In this document: positions 19,320-28,758 of the stretch, piece after piece
How the letters are laid out: each line of letters begins with the position of its first letter
How positions within the stretch are numbered: the stretch's first letter is position 1
Notes under the pieces: model-generated
What the model was told of the DNA's origin: nothing
The model's input: the letters and a program-made list of their open reading frames with translations, nothing else
Database searches by the model: none
Made by a program: the position numbers and the translations under genes
Source: an uncultured Lachnospiraceae bacterium
GTDB taxonomy: Bacteria; Bacillota; Clostridia; Lachnospirales; Lachnospiraceae
Reading direction: 5' to 3'
DNA: 64,000 nucleotides
Assembly: GCA_910579645.1 (NCBI GenBank)
Contig: CAJTVK010000005.1
Coordinates: forward strand, 703 to 64,702

Positions 19320-20237
19320 ATGCCAATCAACGAAACAGTATATTTACATAGGAACCACAGGGTATGCATCGGTAAAAACGGAACCCAGAAAATTTGGAAT
19401 AAATATTCCTTCTGGACGCATTCCAGTGACGTATGGTTTGATGACGGGACTACCCTTGAAAGCAAAATGTCCGGACTGAAAGGGATTACCGGAAACATAG
19501 ACAGCGGAGCCGGATACGCAGCAGATGTCACATTGGTCAAGGCCATAAGGGACAGCCTCAAAGGGCTCATTGACAACCTGTCGGCTGCCGTCGCATCAAT
19601 CAACAGCAGATTAGGCGGGCTTAGTTTTTATGAGGACTCGAATGGGAAATGGGTGGTAGGTGCTGATTCAGTGCCAAAAAAATTGGGTAGCGGTGGGCTG
19701 GACGGGCTCAAGAAAGTTGTATACAGACAGATTCGTCAGCCTGCAAGTGTACAGAACGTAAGAATGAAGAAAACTGTCGAACATGATGGGAACTGGATTG
19801 TCTACACAGAAAACTTGTCCATCCCATATGACGGGACACAGATAGTTGACAACTGGGAGAGAACAGTCATAACAGTAAATCATGATGTTGGTTGGGGAGG
19901 CGGTTCCATAGACCATACGGTCATCGGGTATAAGTTTCACATTAACAATCTGTTTCCTTCTGACTATAGGGATTGGACATCTGATAATTTCTATTTTGTA
20001 CTGACAGACTATCTTCCGGAATGCAGCCATGGCGGTTCCAATAACACACATATAGATGAGGAAAAGCAATGGTGTGACTGCACGAATAGGACATATAATT
20101 CATCCAACGGCATTTTGGAAGTCCCACGTATCGTAGCGTCTGCACAGGAAGGAAGAGCAACGGTTGAAACCGAAGAAGATACTTCTGGTCACATAGTCCT
20201 TAAGCTGACTGGATGGGAACTTCTTATCATTGGCTGA
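19320..20237 (+). CDS. Tail fibre / receptor-binding protein
   Basis: Short coiled coil (…VASINSRLGG), GADSVPKKLG linker, then beta-rich C-terminal domain. Confidence 0.6.
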   Translation: MPINETVYLHRNHRVCIGKNGTQKIWNKYSFWTHSSDVWFDDGTTLESKMSGLKGITGNIDSGAGYAADVTLVKAIRDSLKGLIDNLSAAVASINSRLGGLSFYEDSNGKWVVGADSVPKKLGSGGLDGLKKVVYRQIRQPASVQNVRMKKTVEHDGNWIVYTENLSIPYDGTQIVDNWERTVITVNHDVGWGGGSIDHTVIGYKFHINNLFPSDYRDWTSDNFYFVLTDYLPECSHGGSNNTHIDEEKQWCDCTNRTYNSSNGILEVPRIVASAQEGRATVETEEDTSGHIVLKLTGWELLIIG

Positions 20238-20554
20238 TTATTATACATGTATTGAAAATAATTATAGGGATAGTTGATGGCAGCGTAAAATAGTTTGTGT
20301 CTTTGGGAAAAAATCCTCCTTTTTGATAAAAATTTTCGTATCTTGATCCTTACCAAAAAGGAAGATTTTTCTTCCTACCACTGCTTTTCATTTTTAACAT
20401 ACTAACTAACCAGCAAGAAAAGATTAAAAATGTTTTCTTTAAAATCAATAAATTATAGTACAAAATTTTGTGTCATTCCAATAAATTCTTTTGAAGACTT
20501 GTCTTCTCTTCCTATTCAACAAAATAAAGGAAAAAAATAGATTGGAGATAAAAT

Positions 20555-21157
20555 ATGGCAACTACAACGGAAATTTTTTTAAATGAACATGGCTTAGAAC
20601 TTTACAATCAAAAATTATTTGCTAAAATTGCTCATGATATTAATGATGCAAAATATAACGATACAGAATTAAGAGATAAAATCCATAGCAATGAATTGGC
20701 AATTTCAACATTATCCGGAGAAGGAACCGGAAGCGTCAAGAAACAAATTGATGACGCTTTAAATGATTTTGCGACAAAAGTATCTGATGATAATGTAATA
20801 AATACATTTAAAGAACTAATTGATTACTGTGCAGCACATACTTCTGAAGTTTCTGAAATGGCAGGAGATATTTCCAACAATTCTACTGCCATATCTGAAC
20901 TGATGCATTATATAGGGGAACTCCCGACAGAAACAAATGCAACTACTATAATCGAATACATTAATTCTCAGGTTGCATCAACTGATATATCTTCTGCCAT
21001 TGAGGCTGCAAAACAGCAAGCAATAAGCACCGCTGCATCAGATGCAACTTTTAAAGCAAATAATTCTTTGTCTGATGCCAAAGCATATACTGACAATGCA
21101 ATTGAAACATTAAATATTCCTATTTCGGATGAAAAAATAAATGCCTTGTTTAACTAA
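20555..21157 (+). CDS. Coiled-coil tail fibre protein
   Basis: G.GSVKKQI..A, INTFKELIDY, AKAYTD, ISDEKINALF motifs common in phage fibres. Confidence 0.65.
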   Translation: MATTTEIFLNEHGLELYNQKLFAKIAHDINDAKYNDTELRDKIHSNELAISTLSGEGTGSVKKQIDDALNDFATKVSDDNVINTFKELIDYCAAHTSEVSEMAGDISNNSTAISELMHYIGELPTETNATTIIEYINSQVASTDISSAIEAAKQQAISTAASDATFKANNSLSDAKAYTDNAIETLNIPISDEKINALFN

Positions 21158-21170
21158 TGGAGGTAACATT

Positions 21171-21983
21171 ATGGTCAATAATATAAATTCTGAACCTGAA
21201 GAACGGTTGAATTATCATGGATTGTCCAAGTTCCTTGATAATTTAAAAACACTGTTTGCATTTAAAACCGATATGCCAGCTAAACTTAGCCAACTTGAAA
21301 ATGACGTTGGATATAAAACTTCAGACACAGTATATACCCATCCATCATATACAGCGAAATCATCTGGATTGTATAAAGTATCCGTTGACAGTACTGGGCA
21401 TATTAATTCCACTACAGAAGTGACTAAAGCCGATATAACGCAACTCGGTATCTTATCTGAAACCCCATCTTTTAATGACACCACTTCTACATACTCTACA
21501 CTATCTGCTGCAAATACCGCTGCTGAAACATCGAGCAACGCAATTAAAAGCGGTGTAAACATTTTAACTACATTATCAAACATAAAAAAAACCTTTGCCG
21601 CTATTATCCAAGGTTTAAAAATCCTTGGGACAAATGTTGGGATGATACAGGGCATAACATCAGACCTGAATGCAGAATCCGATTATGTAGCTGCATCTGC
21701 TAAAGCACTTAGTACAATAAACAGCAATTTAGGCAGCCTGTCCGGCTTCCGGATTGCCTACTTCGGGAAGACCTTCACCTTTGACGGAAGCGGTGAGTCT
21801 GTTGTTGAGGAAGCAGGGCATGTAACGGAAGCCTATGTCACGGTCAGCCAAATCATGAACTTCGATGTGTGCACGTTCTTTGGCTACGTCAGCAAGGACG
21901 GGAAACTTGTGCTTCACGGCTACAAAGGTATCCAGGCATTTACGGGTGAGATATGGCTCACTGTTTTCGGGCTTGTGCGTTAG
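21171..21983 (+). CDS. Tail fibre protein whose C-terminus (cassette A, 21732..21983) is the expressed shufflon cassette
   Basis: GGAGG RBS before ATG 21171; KLSQLENDVGY, YTHPSY, GLYKV.VD..GH fibre motifs; 14-bp site S1 inside the ORF at INSNL. Confidence 0.75.
   Translation: MVNNINSEPEERLNYHGLSKFLDNLKTLFAFKTDMPAKLSQLENDVGYKTSDTVYTHPSYTAKSSGLYKVSVDSTGHINSTTEVTKADITQLGILSETPSFNDTTSTYSTLSAANTAAETSSNAIKSGVNILTTLSNIKKTFAAIIQGLKILGTNVGMIQGITSDLNAESDYVAASAKALSTINSNLGSLSGFRIAYFGKTFTFDGSGESVVEEAGHVTEAYVTVSQIMNFDVCTFFGYVSKDGKLVLHGYKGIQAFTGEIWLTVFGLVR
21718..21731 (+). repeat. Shufflon recombination site S1
   Basis: TAAACAGCAATTTA. Confidence 0.85.
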
Positions 21984-22294
21984 GCCTTTAAAAAGAATAT
22001 GTTATTAAATGAAACATACTTATATCTCGCGAGGTCAGTCTGTATGGAAACGTAACGGTTGGTTGCATTTACCGGTATATACATCTGAGTAGAGTAGTCC
22101 CAGCCACTATAATTAAAGGCCATTGCGCCAAGCGGATGGATGATTTCAATGCCGTTTGGCATATTGATTACAAAGGGTCTTTTCTCCGCATCCGCATCAA
22201 TAAATACACGTAGATATAGGATTTTTCCATATTTAAAGGCAACTACAACCGCACTTTCCGGGACCGTAAAGTCCGCGCTTATGTCTTCTGCCGA
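21980..22294 (-). other. Silent tail-fibre C-terminal cassette B (104 aa)
   Basis: Open frame from site S2 (NSNL-SAEDISADF...FFLKA*), tail-to-tail with cassette A. Confidence 0.8.
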
Positions 22295-22308
22295 TAAATT
22301 GCTGTTTA
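22295..22308 (-). repeat. Shufflon recombination site S2
   Basis: Reverse complement of TAAACAGCAATTTA; 22/23 identity to S1 when extended upstream. Confidence 0.85.
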
Positions 22309-22406
22309 ATGTACTAATATTTTTAAAATTAATAGCCGTATTTCTTTATATTATAATTAACATTCTAATAAGACTGTAAAAATTTATTTTTATTGAAAGG
22401 ATAAAT

Positions 22407-23171
22407 ATGAGTAAACTTATTTTTATGAATAACCCAGAAAAAATATATACATGTAACTTTTCCCAAATTGGAAAAAACCAAATTCGATTGATTTTCGATT
22501 CAGAAGATATTCCAAGCAAAAAAGTATATTTATCTGGATGCTGTCTTGTGAATGAATGGAACCCTGAATTAATTCAAGCAAACCGTGAAGATTATAAGTA
22601 TTTATATCGTAAATACGATAATGATTCCAATATTATCGAATTATGCAACAATAATATGCCTTATATAGACAATGGAATAAATATCGCAGAATATACACCT
22701 ACATTAGAAGAAATAAAAAAAACAAAAATATCTGAATTTTCCCGTATATGTAATCAAATGATTACTAATGGTGTAGATATTGACATAGATGGAAATCCAG
22801 AACATTTTTCTTATACTGATGAAGACCAGAGAAATATTAAGGAACTTTTTGATATTGCATTACAAACAAATAACTCTATGTATTATCATTCAAATAATGG
22901 ATGGTGTAAGTTATATTCTGCGGAACAGATTATCAATTTATATATTTCGGAAGTCACAAATAAAATACACCATACAACATACTTCAATCAGATAAAAATG
23001 TATGTTGAATCATTAGATGATAAAGACATCATATTTAATATCACATATGGTACTGAGCTGCCTAGAGAATATTCAGAAACATATAATAACGCTATGCTAA
23101 AAGCAATAGAAAGTTTAGACTTGTTATTACAAAACAGACAGCAGATCCTTTCATCCTCTAAAGAAGGATAA
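22407..23171 (+). CDS. Tail-fibre-associated protein (DUF4376-like)
   Basis: TLEEIKKTKI.E...C...I..GVD...HFSYT.EDQ.N...YH....CKLYS...HTTY.NQ.K pattern. Confidence 0.6.
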   Translation: MSKLIFMNNPEKIYTCNFSQIGKNQIRLIFDSEDIPSKKVYLSGCCLVNEWNPELIQANREDYKYLYRKYDNDSNIIELCNNNMPYIDNGINIAEYTPTLEEIKKTKISEFSRICNQMITNGVDIDIDGNPEHFSYTDEDQRNIKELFDIALQTNNSMYYHSNNGWCKLYSAEQIINLYISEVTNKIHHTTYFNQIKMYVESLDDKDIIFNITYGTELPREYSETYNNAMLKAIESLDLLLQNRQQILSSSKEG

Positions 23172-23179
23172 ACCATCGG

Positions 23180-23440
23180 TCTCTATTATTGTATAGAATT
23201 GATTTATCGACACTACTCCCATATGTCAATGTTTATATTTACCGGACTATTAGGAGTGTTTTTTATAGACACTCCTAATAATATATTCGGATATAATATC
23301 TTCTTTGTCTTTGCGTAGGTAAAAACGAATTGCTTTTATTGGCATACCATTTTGTGCTGACTATAACTATTATATTTGTAAAGACAACGAAGTTCCATAT
23401 TACAAAATATTGGACAAATTGATATTCAGATTCCCTTTGA
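23180..23440 (+). pseudogene. Deleted remnant of a TMEM229/CmpB-like membrane protein gene
   Basis: Translates GLYYCIELIYRHYSHMSMFIFTGLLG... without start, then broken frames. Confidence 0.45.
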
Positions 23441-23463
23441 ACAAGTTTCCACAAATTTATCCA

Positions 23464-23498
23464 GAACTCTTGTTCGGAACTTATGTTTGTGATATCAT
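23464..23498 (+). promoter_or_regulatory. sigmaA-type promoter overlapped by tandem LexA (Cheo)-type boxes
   Basis: GAACTCTTGTTC (23464-23475) and GAACTTATGTTT (23477-23488); TTGTTC-N17-TATCAT with TG extension. Confidence 0.7.
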
Positions 23499-23538
23499 AA
23501 TTCTATTACCTTTATGTAAATGTGGGAGGAGCTTAGAT

Positions 23539-24576
23539 ATGTTTGAAGATTACAATAATGCCAGTAATACCTGTGATAATACAATTTCTAAGGAACATAT
23601 ATTCAATAGCATACTGTGTACCATGGATAAAACACTAACAAAGAATCAAATTGCTATGTTATCTAATACTTTATCATGCACTTTTGAAAATATCAATTTT
23701 CAGCAAAACACAAACATGCTTAGTACATATACTGTAGATAACGATGCACTAATTCGTGGTTTTATGCTTGTCAAAAAGATGGCTGGCATTAAAGAATCAA
23801 GTCTGAAAGCATATGCCTTCACTATATATAAATTTATTGACTACTGCAAAATGGATCTAAAAAAAGTTGATACAAATAAAATACGTTGCTTCTTATTAAT
23901 GTGTGAGAAAACTATGAGTTTATGTAGTGTTGATAATAGAAGAAGGAATCTGAATACTTTCTTTCAATATTTAGAGGACGAAGATTATATTTCCAAAAAT
24001 CCATGCAGAAAAATTCCAAGAATAAAAGAAGGGGTAAAAGCAAAAAAATTTTATACTGATTTAGAGATCGAAACAATGAGAGATTCATGTAATAATATAA
24101 GAGAATTGGCCTTGATTGATTTACTTATATCAACTGGAATCAGAATATCAGAAGTATGCAAAATTATGATCTCTGATATAGATTGGGAAGAAAGAACAAT
24201 ACTGATTCATGGCAAAGGGCAAAAAGAGAGAATTGTGCCTATTACTATCAGATGTAAAAAACATTTGAAAGATTACATTAAAACTAAAAAAAATGATTCA
24301 GAGTATCTCTTCTCTTCCATCAGAAAGCCATATGGCAAATTAAGCAGAGAAGCTATTAGTAAAATAATAAAAGATATCGGAAGTCGAGCTGGTTTGCCCA
24401 ATATCACTGTACACTGCTTTAGACGCTGGTTTGCTTCAGATTTAAATAAAAAAGGAATTGACCCTGTTGTAATTCAAGAAATTTTAGGACATGAATCTTT
24501 TTCTACGACTCAAAGAAATTATCTTGCAAAATCAACCAAAAAAGCTAAACACGCAATTGATACATATGCTATGTAA
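23539..24576 (+). CDS. Tyrosine recombinase (XerC/D-like), candidate shufflon invertase
   Basis: TGIRISE, GKGQKER, HCFRR, LGH, Y catalytic set; GGGAGGA RBS before ATG 23539. Confidence 0.9.
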   Translation: MFEDYNNASNTCDNTISKEHIFNSILCTMDKTLTKNQIAMLSNTLSCTFENINFQQNTNMLSTYTVDNDALIRGFMLVKKMAGIKESSLKAYAFTIYKFIDYCKMDLKKVDTNKIRCFLLMCEKTMSLCSVDNRRRNLNTFFQYLEDEDYISKNPCRKIPRIKEGVKAKKFYTDLEIETMRDSCNNIRELALIDLLISTGIRISEVCKIMISDIDWEERTILIHGKGQKERIVPITIRCKKHLKDYIKTKKNDSEYLFSSIRKPYGKLSREAISKIIKDIGSRAGLPNITVHCFRRWFASDLNKKGIDPVVIQEILGHESFSTTQRNYLAKSTKKAKHAIDTYAM

Positions 24577-24582
24577 TTATAT

Positions 24583-24628
24583 AATGGTTACTACATTATT
24601 ATAGAATAACTGTAGTAGCCATTTTTTC
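24583..24628 (+). terminator. Intrinsic terminator after recombinase
   Basis: AATGGTTACTACA...TGTAGTAGCCATT followed by T-run. Confidence 0.6.
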
Positions 24629-24883
24629 ACGCTTCTGGCGATGTCTTATAATTCTTCATATATTAAACTCATACTTACTTATAATTTCCCCTCAGTTTAC
24701 TTCATATTTGGGAAAATATTATAGTTTTCACCGAAAAATATTATACAAATGGGATTATGCATTTCTCTTTCTCTATTACAAAACATTTTATAAAGCTGTT
24801 ATGCTTCTACGTCATGTTGTTTTAACAGATTCATTATTTTTTATCATATATAATTTCCCCATTCCCTTCTTTTATAGTTACAT

Positions 24884-24897
24884 TAAACAGCAATTTA
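24884..24897 (+). repeat. Shufflon recombination site S3
   Basis: TAAACAGCAATTTA. Confidence 0.85.
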
Positions 24898-25164
24898 CAG
24901 AAGAAAGCGGATTTGGATAAAGAGAATGTCTTCACAGATACGCTCACATCGATTTGTGATAAAAATTTATCGCCCACAAATTATGTGGCCGGTTCATTTT
25001 CTGCGTGGGCACCCCTTCATCTAAAACCAGATACCAGGGCCGGGTATGGCTTTCATAACCAAGGGTCAAACGGCATCTATCTGTATTTGGATATAGATGA
25101 CACGCTTAAATACATGGATACCACAGGCGGTACATATCAAATACAGGCTGTAAGAATTAACTAA
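24898..25164 (+). other. Silent tail-fibre C-terminal cassette C (88 aa)
   Basis: In frame from S3 (NSNL-QKKADLDKENVF...AVRIN*). Confidence 0.8.
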
Positions 25165-25175
25165 AGCCTAAACGG

Positions 25176-25523
25176 TCAGACCTTATAAACCGCGAATATT
25201 TCGCCCTCCCATATTGTGCCGCTGCCCTCGCTGTTGAAACCCTGAGTAATGGCTCCATTGGGCTCTATGGACACAGGAAAACCGAATGACACTTGCCCTG
25301 CTTCCAATGAATACCGCCTGCACCGTATGATTCCCATAGCTGCCTGAGTGGGACGGTACCCGGCAGGAACCGTGAACAGCGGGGTCTTCGTGAAAAAATG
25401 CACGCCCGCACAGACGGCCATGACTATTACCAAGTTCCCGCATTTAAAGCACATCCCCCTGTTTGAGAAGCTTTCCACCGCACAGGCTGGATTTACCTCA
25501 ACAGTGGACGAACTAAACCTGCC
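25176..25523 (-). other. Silent tail-fibre C-terminal cassette D (115 aa)
   Basis: In frame from S4 (NSNL-GRFSSSTVEV...VYKV*); contains FTVPAGYRP, a receptor-binding head motif. Confidence 0.8.
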
Positions 25524-25537
25524 TAAATTGCTGTTTA
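25524..25537 (-). repeat. Shufflon recombination site S4
   Basis: Reverse complement of TAAACAGCAATTTA. Confidence 0.85.
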
Positions 25538-26116
25538 TTTCACTAAATTAGCCAAAATAAACAAGAACACTTTAATTTTAAAAGACAGAACTGTAATAGA
25601 ATTGAAAACGGGAAGTCTGAGTGCCATGCGGACAATGTTTGCTGATAAGACTGCCATGATAAAAGAATACACCATTCTTTTAATTTACTACACCATTTAC
25701 CCGTCTGACAAAATATCGTATAATTTCAAGTAGTTTAATAGCGATTCCAACTGTTTTATGGCATAAATATTTCGTTTAAGCAAACCTGAAATTATAATTT
25801 TTCCAAAAGCCTAATTGAAGTTCAATATTCTACAGAAATCAATTTAGGATTTTATGACTGCGCAGCTGCCAGACCCGGGAATTTATAGACAGCCGATGCC
25901 CTGCGGCAAAAAACTGGCCTGCGCACAGAACCATTGATTTTTCAGACACGCTTTCGCTCCGCGGCAAACACAGCAGCAGGAAATGATAAATCCTCCCTGC
26001 CTGACTACCCATGGACGCGTAATTTACTGCTGACTCAGAATGCAGCCCATGGGGTTGCAGAGCAGACATTCTTCTGCTCGGTTCTTAAATATAATTCTTA
26101 TACTTAATTGCTATGT

Positions 26117-26869
26117 TTAATCCGAATTGGCTTTTATAAAAACAAATTTTGAGGCATCGGACAATTCTTCGCAATACGAAAAGCCCAATTCTCTGAAATC
26201 TTTTATTTTCTCCGTCTGGCATATGTCGTTTTCCGCCAGGAAGCGTACCATTTCTCCCCGTGCCATTTTAGCCAGTGTCCCTTTCTGCCTTACTTTTCCC
26301 GCTGACGCTTCGCCAAATTCCAGCGTAAGGAACCGGTCATCCGGCGTAATATACTTCTCTATGCACTTGGAATATTCTTTGGAAGCCAGATTAATAATCA
26401 TCCTATCTTCATCCCACAGACTGGCATACAGCCTCTCACCCCAAAACTCATATAAATTGGGGCAACCGTTCACCGAAAGTTTCGCCTGCATCTCCAGCCG
26501 GTAAGGCACTACACCGTCAAAAGGCTTCAGCACGCCGTAAAATCCCGACAGAATGCGGAGATGCTCCTCTATATAGGAAAGAGCCCCGTCGGTAAATACC
26601 GCCGGAGCCATATGTTGGTACTGCAGCCCCTCATAGGCCAAAATTGCCGGTGTCAGACACTGCTCCAAATCCATCTCCCGAATACGCCTATCATTCAGTT
26701 CCGCCAGCTTATCGCTGCACTTCCACAGTGCCTGCGCGTCCGCCGGCGAAAGAGACTGCATTGCCGCCATAAGGCTTTTGGCATCTTCCAAAAATTCCGG
26801 CTTTCCCCTTACCGCATAAGTATCCCTGTTTCTGTTCATTTTCTTGGCCGGTGAGATAATAATTTTCAT
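26117..26869 (-). CDS. yaaA: Peroxide stress protein YaaA
   Basis: MKIIISPAKKM, ILSGFYGVLKP.D...YRLEM, INLASKEY, AKMARG. Confidence 0.9.
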   Translation of the reverse strand: MKIIISPAKKMNRNRDTYAVRGKPEFLEDAKSLMAAMQSLSPADAQALWKCSDKLAELNDRRIREMDLEQCLTPAILAYEGLQYQHMAPAVFTDGALSYIEEHLRILSGFYGVLKPFDGVVPYRLEMQAKLSVNGCPNLYEFWGERLYASLWDEDRMIINLASKEYSKCIEKYITPDDRFLTLEFGEASAGKVRQKGTLAKMARGEMVRFLAENDICQTEKIKDFRELGFSYCEELSDASKFVFIKANSD

Positions 26870-27336
26870 ATTTCCTGTAATTCCCCGACGCATTCCAGCA
26901 TCTGCGCCGGATTCTCTGCCGCCTTCACTTTTCCGAACGCCTTTATGATAATGCCTTCCTCATCAATCAGATAAGTGGTTCTGACCACTCCCATGCTCAC
27001 TTTCCCGTAGTTCTTCTTTTCCTTCCATACATCATATCCCTGAATGCAGGAAAGTTCCGGATCCGAAAGCAGCGTAAACGGAAGCCCATATTTTTCTTCA
27101 AATTTTTTATGGGATGCCACACTGTCTTTGCTGACTCCTATGACAACCGCCCCTTTTTCTAAAAACTGCGGATACAGTTCCCCGAAATTGCATGCCTGCT
27201 TCGTGCAGCCCGGCGTATTGTCCCTTGGGTAAAAATATAATATTACTTTCTTTCCTCTGTACTCCTCTAAGGAGTGCAGCTTTCCGTTCTGATCCGGCAA
27301 TGAAAAATCCGGTGCTTTTGTTCCTATTTCTAACAT
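26866..27336 (-). CDS. bcp: Thioredoxin-dependent peroxiredoxin Bcp
   Basis: YFYPRDNTPGCTKQAC. Confidence 0.92.
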   Translation of the reverse strand: MLEIGTKAPDFSLPDQNGKLHSLEEYRGKKVILYFYPRDNTPGCTKQACNFGELYPQFLEKGAVVIGVSKDSVASHKKFEEKYGLPFTLLSDPELSCIQGYDVWKEKKNYGKVSMGVVRTTYLIDEEGIIIKAFGKVKAAENPAQMLECVGELQEI

Positions 27337-27452
27337 TTCTTAATTTCTCCGCCCTTTCTTTCCGTATTTTACAGACAATGACAAAAGTTTTCTCCTTTTG
27401 CCGTTGCCTGTAAGTAAAGCATATGTCTGCTCGGATAAGCAGCCTATAAAGA

Positions 27453-28235
27453 TTATTTATGAACGGTTCCTGCCTGCAATTCTGCCCAAGCATTTTGAAG
27501 ACATGCTCTGGCCTCTGCCACAATCCTGCCGTCCGTCCTGAAGATGCTGTATTCATCCATGGCGGGCAGGCCCATAGGCACACCTTCCTTACGGTAACGC
27601 ATCCCGCTTTCCACCACTCTTTTGGCGGACAGATGATAATCGGTAATCTCCGTGCAGGCAAGGAACTTCCTTATCACTTCCGGTGTCACTCCTGCCCCTG
27701 CCATAATCCGGGGGCCTCCGGTTTCTTTCTGCAGGCTGCTCAGTTTCTTCAGCAGCGGCAGTCCCGTAAGACAGTCTTTTTCCTGTCCGGATGTCAAAAC
27801 CGTATCAATGCCCAGTTCCCCTGCCTGTCTGTAAGCCTCCAGCGGGTCTGCACAGACATCGAAAGCACGGTGCAGCGTGATTTTCATGCTGCCGGCCACC
27901 TGTACCAGTTCTTTCATCCGCTCCCCATGAAGACTCCCGTCCTCCCTAAGACAGCCAATCACAATGCCTTCCGCACCGGCCTCCCGGAACATCTCCGCCT
28001 CTCTTCGCAGCATCCGGAACTCATAATCCGTATAAAGAAAATCTCCGAAACGCGGTCTCAGCAGCACCCGCACCGGCAAATCACAGCACGCTTTCACCTG
28101 CTCAAACAGAGCCAGCCCCGGGGAAATGCCCCCAATCATAAGCGCGGCACACAATTCCAGACGGTCAGCGCCTCCTTCGGCCGCCGCCAAGGCAGATTCC
28201 ACACTGTCCACACAGCATTCCAATATATAATCCAT
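27453..28235 (-). CDS. cutC: Copper homeostasis protein CutC
   Basis: LECCVDS, GGADRLELC, RPRFGDF, TLHRAFD, LTSG. Confidence 0.92.
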   Translation of the reverse strand: MDYILECCVDSVESALAAAEGGADRLELCAALMIGGISPGLALFEQVKACCDLPVRVLLRPRFGDFLYTDYEFRMLRREAEMFREAGAEGIVIGCLREDGSLHGERMKELVQVAGSMKITLHRAFDVCADPLEAYRQAGELGIDTVLTSGQEKDCLTGLPLLKKLSSLQKETGGPRIMAGAGVTPEVIRKFLACTEITDYHLSAKRVVESGMRYRKEGVPMGLPAMDEYSIFRTDGRIVAEARACLQNAWAELQAGTVHK

Positions 28236-28249
28236 TTTGTATTCTCCCG

Positions 28250-28489
28250 CTATTTCTTTCTGTTTTCTCTGGCATCCATCAATGCCGCTGCCAGGCATAC
28301 AAGGAAGCACCCTGCTGCCAGAAGCCGCTCCAGCCCTTTCTCTACGTTTTTCTTCCTTACCTTTACGGCCTTCCTGCGGAGTTTTTCTTTTGTCCTCTCC
28401 GTCTTGGCTTTTTCCTTCACTATCCGCATAACCTCTTTCTGGAACTTCTTTTTCCACTTTGCGGGCTTTCTTTTTTTCCTGCTGCCCAT
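28250..28489 (-). CDS. Small basic protein with C-terminal TM
   Basis: GGAGG RBS; Lys-rich N-part, hydrophobic tail. Confidence 0.5.
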   Translation of the reverse strand: MGSRKKRKPAKWKKKFQKEVMRIVKEKAKTERTKEKLRRKAVKVRKKNVEKGLERLLAAGCFLVCLAAALMDARENRKK

Positions 28490-28758
28490 CCGTCCTCCCT
28501 TCCGCTGAACCAAGAACATTCTCAGGTTCTGCAACATACTATCTCCCAGCCACCGGAACATATCGGAAACGCTTTCTGTCTGATTGATATCATAGCATTC
28601 CCCATACATACGCTTATATTATATCTTAACCGATGCTTTAAGACAACAGAAATCATACAGTAAGCAAAGAAAGCAATTTGAGGTTTTCTGCCTGCACAGC
28701 TGCCAAGCCCGGAAACCTATGGCCGGCAATGCCCTGCGGCAGGACAGCCGGCCTCCTA

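Larger units (their letters stand above)
1..25700 (+). mobile_element. Right arm of an SPbeta-like prophage or prophage-derived element (left end outside window; right end approximate)
   Basis: AT-rich co-oriented block with YonO-like RNAP, HU, tail tube, holins, endolysin and baseplate/tail-fibre genes; composition and strand switch to host-like genes after ~25.8 kb. Confidence 0.85.

Noticed and set aside
23410..23538. N-terminal extension of the tyrosine recombinase from TTG 23410
   Set aside because: Region holds the promoter and LexA-type boxes; strong RBS precedes ATG 23539
23539..24576. Recombinase as the prophage integrase
   Set aside because: It sits between the cassette pairs and repeat sites rather than at the boundary; an invertase role fits better, though not proven
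21732..25523. Diversity-generating retroelement
   Set aside because: No reverse transcriptase and no TR/VR pair; cassettes are unrelated in sequence
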